Assembly (NCBI GenBank): GCA_965197905.1
Contig: CBDAOB010000004.1
Location: 320,001-384,000 of the forward strand
Direction: 5' to 3'
DNA length: 64,000 bases
Source: Candidatus Latescibacterota bacterium
Lineage (GTDB): Bacteria > Latescibacterota > UBA2968 > UBA8231
The notes below the pieces were generated by a model. That model was not told the DNA's origin. It saw only the letters and a list, made by a program, of their open reading frames with translations, and made no database searches. The position numbers were made by a program, and so were the translations under genes. Numbering within the stretch: the first letter of the stretch is position 1; the number at the start of each line of letters is the position of its first letter. Below are positions 58,691 through 64,000 of the stretch, piece by piece.

Positions 58691-61303
58691 ATGAACCTCT
58701 CCAAACCCGCCAACCAAGTGGGTCTCTGCGTATTTGTCGGGACACTGGCGCTATACCTGAAGACCATGGCGCCGGGCGTGACCTTTTGGGACACCGGCGA
58801 ATTCATTGCATCCTCCTATATTCTCGGTGTCCCTCACCCGCCCGGGTCGCCGCTCTACGTTCTGTTGGGACGCGCCTTTACCTTCTTACCGTTTGGAGAC
58901 GTTGCCTGGCGCGTGGTTCTAATGTCGGTGGTATCCGGGGCGCTCGGCGTCTGGTGTGCCTATCTCACCACCGTCTCCCTCATTCGCCGCGCCCTGGGCG
59001 GTCAGTCGTTGCAGCCGTTCGACGACGGCCGCGAGGTCAGCAGCATTCTTGGCGGCGCGGTAGCGGCCCTGTCGCTTGCGTGCTCCTACACCTACTGGTT
59101 CAACGCCACCGAAGCTGAAGTCTACGGCTACTCGCTCCTCTTCGTTACCCTCGGCATCTGGTTGATCGTCTACTGGGAAGGCACCCAGCACGGATCGACC
59201 AACGACCGCTGGCTGTTTCTGATCGCCTACCTGTTCGGGCTGGGGGGCGGCATTCATCTGCTCTGCCTGCTCACCATCCCGTCGATCCTGATTCTGGCCT
59301 GGTTCGCCGACGAGAAGCTGCGCCATCTGACGCTGCTGCTGATCGGGCTGGGGCTGTGGGGAATGCTTCTGCTCGCCGTCGCCGGACCGGGCACCGGAAG
59401 CAACGTGTTGACTGTAGTGGCCTTGGCCGCCCTGCTCTACCATCTCTACAATCGTGAACGCCGATCCTTCTGGCTGCTCATCGGGGTCGTCGTTCTCTTT
59501 GCGATTGGTTATTCGACCTACGCGTCCCTCTACGTGCGCTCCGGACTCAACCCGGTCATCGATGAGAATGATCCGGAAACCTGGGACGCCTTCATGAAAT
59601 TCCTGAACCGCGAACAGTACGGCACCGATAGCCAGCTCCTGGGCATGTTCAGCGCGCGGGCCTCTCGGGTCTACCAGTTCTGGTATCTGCAGATGAAGTA
59701 CTTCTTCCAGCAGTTTCCGTTCCCCCTGCTGGAACGCGCCATCGAATTCAGAAAAGCAACCGAGCAGAGCAAGGATATCGTGAGCGTTTCGTTGGTGCCA
59801 TACCTTCTCGGTCTCGGTGGGTTGTTCTGGCACATCCGGCAGGATTGGCGCCGATTTGCTGCGATCTTCGCGCTCTTCGTGATCATGGGATTCGGTCTAT
59901 CCATGTACCTCAATATGCCAGATCCACAACCGCGCGAACGGCATTATGTCTTCGGCGGCATGTTTTACGCCTTCGCGATCTGGATGGGCATCGGGTGGGC
60001 CGGTATCGTCGATTCATTGCGGCGTCAAATCGCCATGCCCGCCCGTGTATTGGTGGGGATCTCGCTGTTCGGGCTCCTGGTACCCGTCGGCATCGGAGCA
60101 CGCCTTTACCACGTGGAAGACCGAACCGGCGACCACGTGGCGTATGACTACGGCTACAACATTCTCCAGTCGTGCGATCAAAACAGCTTGCTGTTCACCA
60201 ACGGCGACAACGACACCTTCCCTCTATGGTACCTGCAGGAGGTAGAGGGCATTCGCAGGGATGTTCGGGTCATCAATCTGAGCCTGCTGAATACCGGGTG
60301 GTACATCAAACAGCTGCGCGATCGGGAGCCGAAGGTGGCAATAAGCCTACCCGACAGCTATATCGATTCGGTGCTGACCGACACTCAGCTCGTGGATCTC
60401 TACAAGAGAGCGTGGCAGGAACCTGTCATCTCACAGGTGCATAAGACACTGAAGGATGCGGGGTTCGACGTGGAGTACAAACCCCAACCCGGTCACGATT
60501 TGATGCGCATCCAGGACGTCATGATCATCGGCCTGTTGAAGTGGAACGAGGGGCGACGACCCGTTCACTTCGCCATAACGGTGGCCGGCAGCAATCGCCT
60601 TGGCCTCGACCCGTATCTGCGCATGGGCGGCATGACCTTGAGACTGGTCCCGGAGCGCGACCTTGGCCCTGACTTGGAACGACTCGAGCACAACCTGTTC
60701 CAGGTGTACCGATTCAGGAACTTGACCGACACCAACGTCTTCCAGGACCTGAACACGGCGCGGCTTCTGGGCAACTACCGCGCCTGCGTTCTGCAGCTCG
60801 CCGAGCTCTACCAGAAAGCGGGCAAAGGGGAGGAGATGGTCCACCTGATGAACTGGGCGCGCGAGCGTTTGCCGTTCGGCTGGGAAACCTTCTACTCGGC
60901 GGGCGAATACCTGGGCAATGTCAACGAGGTCGAGATGGCCGCCGAGTATATCGAGAACGCCGGCCTCGAGCTGGTCGAGAAGTACGGTGAGAGTGACGTA
61001 GCTTCCTACGACAACATCACGACCATTGGCAGCATTCTGTTGAATGAGCCGTATTCGGCTATCGATCGGGCGGAAGGGCTCTACCGCGCCGCAATCGCCA
61101 GGGAACCTCAAAGATGGGACGCCTATTTCGAGCTGGCCGCCACCCTGCAGGCCAAGGGTGACGCAGTCGGCGGACTGAAGCTCCTGACCGATTACCGCAG
61201 CCGCTACGGAGAGGTACAGAAGCTCGTGGAAGCGGAGCAGGTCCTGCAAAACGCCCTGCAAAAACCAACGGCACCAGCGGAAAGCTCCGCAGTTCGACCG
61301 TGA
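58691..61303 (+). CDS. DUF2723 membrane protein (TMEM260-like GT-C glycosyltransferase) with C-terminal TPR-like region
   Basis: FWDTGEFI, HPPGSP, EAEVY, REQYG, QPRERHY, FTNGDNDTFPLWYLQEVEG. Confidence 0.9.
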   Translation: MNLSKPANQVGLCVFVGTLALYLKTMAPGVTFWDTGEFIASSYILGVPHPPGSPLYVLLGRAFTFLPFGDVAWRVVLMSVVSGALGVWCAYLTTVSLIRRALGGQSLQPFDDGREVSSILGGAVAALSLACSYTYWFNATEAEVYGYSLLFVTLGIWLIVYWEGTQHGSTNDRWLFLIAYLFGLGGGIHLLCLLTIPSILILAWFADEKLRHLTLLLIGLGLWGMLLLAVAGPGTGSNVLTVVALAALLYHLYNRERRSFWLLIGVVVLFAIGYSTYASLYVRSGLNPVIDENDPETWDAFMKFLNREQYGTDSQLLGMFSARASRVYQFWYLQMKYFFQQFPFPLLERAIEFRKATEQSKDIVSVSLVPYLLGLGGLFWHIRQDWRRFAAIFALFVIMGFGLSMYLNMPDPQPRERHYVFGGMFYAFAIWMGIGWAGIVDSLRRQIAMPARVLVGISLFGLLVPVGIGARLYHVEDRTGDHVAYDYGYNILQSCDQNSLLFTNGDNDTFPLWYLQEVEGIRRDVRVINLSLLNTGWYIKQLRDREPKVAISLPDSYIDSVLTDTQLVDLYKRAWQEPVISQVHKTLKDAGFDVEYKPQPGHDLMRIQDVMIIGLLKWNEGRRPVHFAITVAGSNRLGLDPYLRMGGMTLRLVPERDLGPDLERLEHNLFQVYRFRNLTDTNVFQDLNTARLLGNYRACVLQLAELYQKAGKGEEMVHLMNWARERLPFGWETFYSAGEYLGNVNEVEMAAEYIENAGLELVEKYGESDVASYDNITTIGSILLNEPYSAIDRAEGLYRAAIAREPQRWDAYFELAATLQAKGDAVGGLKLLTDYRSRYGEVQKLVEAEQVLQNALQKPTAPAESSAVRP

Positions 61304-62343
61304 ATGATTCGGTCACCGTCGTAATTCCCCATTATTGCTCCGAAACCCTCCAGTCCTGTCTCACCTCCGTTTTTGACCATAGCGACGTGAACGTAACGGT
61401 CATCGTCGTCGACGATGGACCAGATGCGCCCAGCGTGCAGCAGGCACGGGCTGCTTTCCCCCAGGTCAACATACTGCGCAACGACCGCAATGTGGGATTC
61501 AGCGCTTCGTGCAATCGGGGGTTGAAAGCAGCGGACACCCGATTTGCGGTCCTACTCAACGACGATACCCGGGTGACCGCAGGGTGGTTATCACCCATGG
61601 TGGACGCAGCCGAAGCCGACCCCAGCATCGCCGTCTGCCAGCCCAAGCTGCTGTCGGCAACCAAAGCCGACACCTTCGATGACGGCGGCGCGGCGGGCGG
61701 TTATATGGATCAGCTGGGTTATCCGTTCTGTCGCGGGCGCCTGCTGTTTCATCAGGAGCAAGACGATGGACAATACGACGCGACCGTGCCCCTATTCTGG
61801 GCGTGCGGCTCCGCCATGTTTATCCGTCTCGAGTCGTTGGCCAGGGTTGGTTATCTGGATCTGGACTATTTCATGCACATGGAGGAGATAGACCTCTGCT
61901 GGCGCCTGCGCGATGCCGGCTACCGCATCATGGCAGTCCCCTTGTCCACGGTATTTCACTACTCGGCCTGGTCGCTGCCGCCCGAAGGTTTTCGCCGCGT
62001 CTACCTCAAGCACCGAAACAACCTGGCGATGATCTGCATCAACATGGATCTGCGTTCGCTGTTGTGGGTCTTCCCCGTCCGCATCCCGTTGGAGGCCATG
62101 GCCGCCCTCGGATATCTGGCGAAGCGGGAGTGGGAACACGTCGTCGCACCTCTGGCGGCCGTATTGTGGATTCTTACGCATCCGTTCAACCTCTGGTCGC
62201 GCCGGCGCCGCAGCCGAGCGTCCGCGGCTCCAACCTCGCGCCGCAATCGGGACGGACTCTTCCGCGGCAGTATTCTCTTTCAATACTACTTCAAGGGTGT
62301 CCGCGTGGCATCCGCGCTAATGAGCGAACGGCCCGAGGCATGA
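61300..62343 (+). CDS. Glycosyltransferase family 2
   Basis: VVIPHY, VVDD, NVGF..SCN.G, LLNDD, HMEEIDLCWR. Confidence 0.93.
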   Translation: MNDSVTVVIPHYCSETLQSCLTSVFDHSDVNVTVIVVDDGPDAPSVQQARAAFPQVNILRNDRNVGFSASCNRGLKAADTRFAVLLNDDTRVTAGWLSPMVDAAEADPSIAVCQPKLLSATKADTFDDGGAAGGYMDQLGYPFCRGRLLFHQEQDDGQYDATVPLFWACGSAMFIRLESLARVGYLDLDYFMHMEEIDLCWRLRDAGYRIMAVPLSTVFHYSAWSLPPEGFRRVYLKHRNNLAMICINMDLRSLLWVFPVRIPLEAMAALGYLAKREWEHVVAPLAAVLWILTHPFNLWSRRRRSRASAAPTSRRNRDGLFRGSILFQYYFKGVRVASALMSERPEA

Positions 62344-63317
62344 AGAAGCTGCTCAACACCGGCTTGAAGCTGTTGATCAGCGCCGGTCTGCTTGGTTACC
62401 TGGCTTACGAAGTGGACGTGCCCAGGTTGGGAGATGTTTTCGCGCAGACGGTGTTGTGGCCGTTTGCCGCGGCGGTCTGTTTCTTCGTCCTGAGCAATCT
62501 GCTGGGCTCGTTTCAATGGTACCTGCTGCTTCGAGCTCAGTTGATCCGAATTTCCTTCTGGCAGGCGATGGTTTTTTACTTCGTCGGCGTTTTCTTCAAC
62601 AACGTTCTCTTGGGAAACATCGGTGGCGACGCGCTCCGCATATACGATATTCGGCGCCTGACCGGCACCACCCGTGGAGGCATGGCAGCCACGCTCACCG
62701 ATCGCTTCGTCGGTCTGTTTTCCACCTGCAGCCTGGCGCTCGTCGCCATCCTGATGGCAACCGAGGCACCCGTCGCCGGCCTGCTGTCAATCCTCGTTCC
62801 GGTTTGGATAGCGCTGGTGGTTCTCCTCGTGATGGGACTCAGCCGGCGAATCGGCAGCCGCCTCGAATCCATGGCCGTTGCTATCCTGCCGCGGCGCCTG
62901 GGTTCGCTCCTGGCCGACCTTCGCGGCAGCATCGTTGTCTATCGGCACCAAGTACCCCTGCTGGTAACCGTCCTGGGGATCTCCCTAGGGGTGCAATCTT
63001 GCCGCATTCTCGTCTACTGGTCTGCCGGCCTCGCCGTGGGCTTGAACGCCGGATTGCTCTACTTCGTCTGTTTTCAGCCCGTCGCCGCCATCGTCGCCGC
63101 CCTGCCGATCTCCATCGGCGGCCTCGGCGTGCGCGAGAATTCGCTGGTACGGCTTTTTGGCAGCGTCGGCGTATCGCCGGAGGTGGCCACCGCCATGTCC
63201 CTGTTGGGGTACGTCGCCGGCATCATCGCAAGCTTGTTGGGAGGAGCGGCGTTCGTACTGCGCCGGGTCGAGCGTCGGGACGAATCCGCTATCCATCCTG
63301 GTGAGCCGCCGGCATGA
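62340..63317 (+). CDS. Lysylphosphatidylglycerol synthase TM-domain / flippase-like protein (UPF0104)
   Basis: LKLLIS, FFNNVL...GGDALR, DRFVG, LPISIGGLGVRE. Confidence 0.88.
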   Translation: MKKLLNTGLKLLISAGLLGYLAYEVDVPRLGDVFAQTVLWPFAAAVCFFVLSNLLGSFQWYLLLRAQLIRISFWQAMVFYFVGVFFNNVLLGNIGGDALRIYDIRRLTGTTRGGMAATLTDRFVGLFSTCSLALVAILMATEAPVAGLLSILVPVWIALVVLLVMGLSRRIGSRLESMAVAILPRRLGSLLADLRGSIVVYRHQVPLLVTVLGISLGVQSCRILVYWSAGLAVGLNAGLLYFVCFQPVAAIVAALPISIGGLGVRENSLVRLFGSVGVSPEVATAMSLLGYVAGIIASLLGGAAFVLRRVERRDESAIHPGEPPA

Positions 63318-64000
63318 GCCGATCCGCAGTAACTCTGGGGATCGACCGTCTGCTGTCGGAAGCATTCCACCTGGTGGAGGGCAAGCGGGTAGGCCTGGTC
63401 ACCAACAGCTCCGGCGTGAATCGCGAGCTGGAGAGTTCGGCTGCCTTGTTGCATCGGACCAACGGGGTGGAGGTTTGTTTGTTGTTTGGACCGGAACATG
63501 GGCTGCGTGCCAGCGCTCCCGATGGAGAGCGTGTCGCCAGCGACTCTGACCCCGAGACCAGGCTTCCCGTCCACAGCTTGTACGACGACGATCGACGACC
63601 GACCGAAGCGGCATTGAGACAGCTGGACCTCCTTCTGTTCGACATTCAAGACGTGGGATCGCGCTTCTATACCTATCTATATACCATGAGCTATTGCATG
63701 GAGGTGTGCGCCGGCATCGACCTGCCCTTCGTCGTGCTCGATCGGCCGAATCCGTTAGGAGGTGAACGGGTAGAAGGCAACCTGCTCGATCCCGCGTTTG
63801 CCTCGTTCGTAGGTCGCTACCCGATACCGATTCGTTACGGCCTCACGATCGGCGAAACCGCCCGCCTCTTCAACAAAGAGTTCGGGATCGGTGCCCGGGT
63901 GCATGTAGTGGAGATGGCGGGGTGGGAACGGGAGCACTACTGGGAGGAGTGCGGTTTGATTTGGGTCCCGCCCTCGCCCAACATGCCGACGCCGGACACG
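63314..64000 (+). CDS. namZ: Exo-beta-N-acetylmuramidase NamZ family (DUF1343); runs off the window end
   Basis: GKRVGLVTN, LFGPEHG, SLY, FDIQDVGSRFYTY, DRPNP, WVPPSPNMP. Confidence 0.9.
   Translation, partial: MSRSAVTLGIDRLLSEAFHLVEGKRVGLVTNSSGVNRELESSAALLHRTNGVEVCLLFGPEHGLRASAPDGERVASDSDPETRLPVHSLYDDDRRPTEAALRQLDLLLFDIQDVGSRFYTYLYTMSYCMEVCAGIDLPFVVLDRPNPLGGERVEGNLLDPAFASFVGRYPIPIRYGLTIGETARLFNKEFGIGARVHVVEMAGWEREHYWEECGLIWVPPSPNMPTPDT

Overview
GC-rich bacterial chromosomal segment. The gene mix (double-length UvrA, DUF4159/FGE/ankyrin lipoproteins, DUF2723) loosely suggests an FCB- or PVC-type environmental lineage; this is inference only. About 45 CDS are supported. In order: catabolic and transport genes, a vapBC pair, and a spermidine-synthase-like/porin operon. 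Next is a chimeric mobile junction (IS256 5' part, group II intron, probable end of a second IS, gene remnant). A dense signalling block follows: PAS kinase plus sigma54 response regulator, PTS IIA, a sigma70 factor, LOG, a GAF-PAS-adenylate cyclase-anti-sigma fusion split by a 1-nt frameshift, a NifA-like activator, and amtB-glnK-porin, with two clean sigma54 promoters. After that come hemC-cobA/hemD, selB, sppA, tandem uvrA and a DUF2723 glycosylation locus. Most notable: (1) four 161-164 bp MITE-like elements with three unrelated terminal repeat types that share one conserved, covarying internal module (CAAGGCG..GAGYGA..hairpin..CAACGC at fixed spacing); (2) the cyclase/anti-sigma fusion; (3) a candidate four-way-junction RNA at the 3' end of the nitrogen operon. 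No rRNA, tRNA or CRISPR array was seen.
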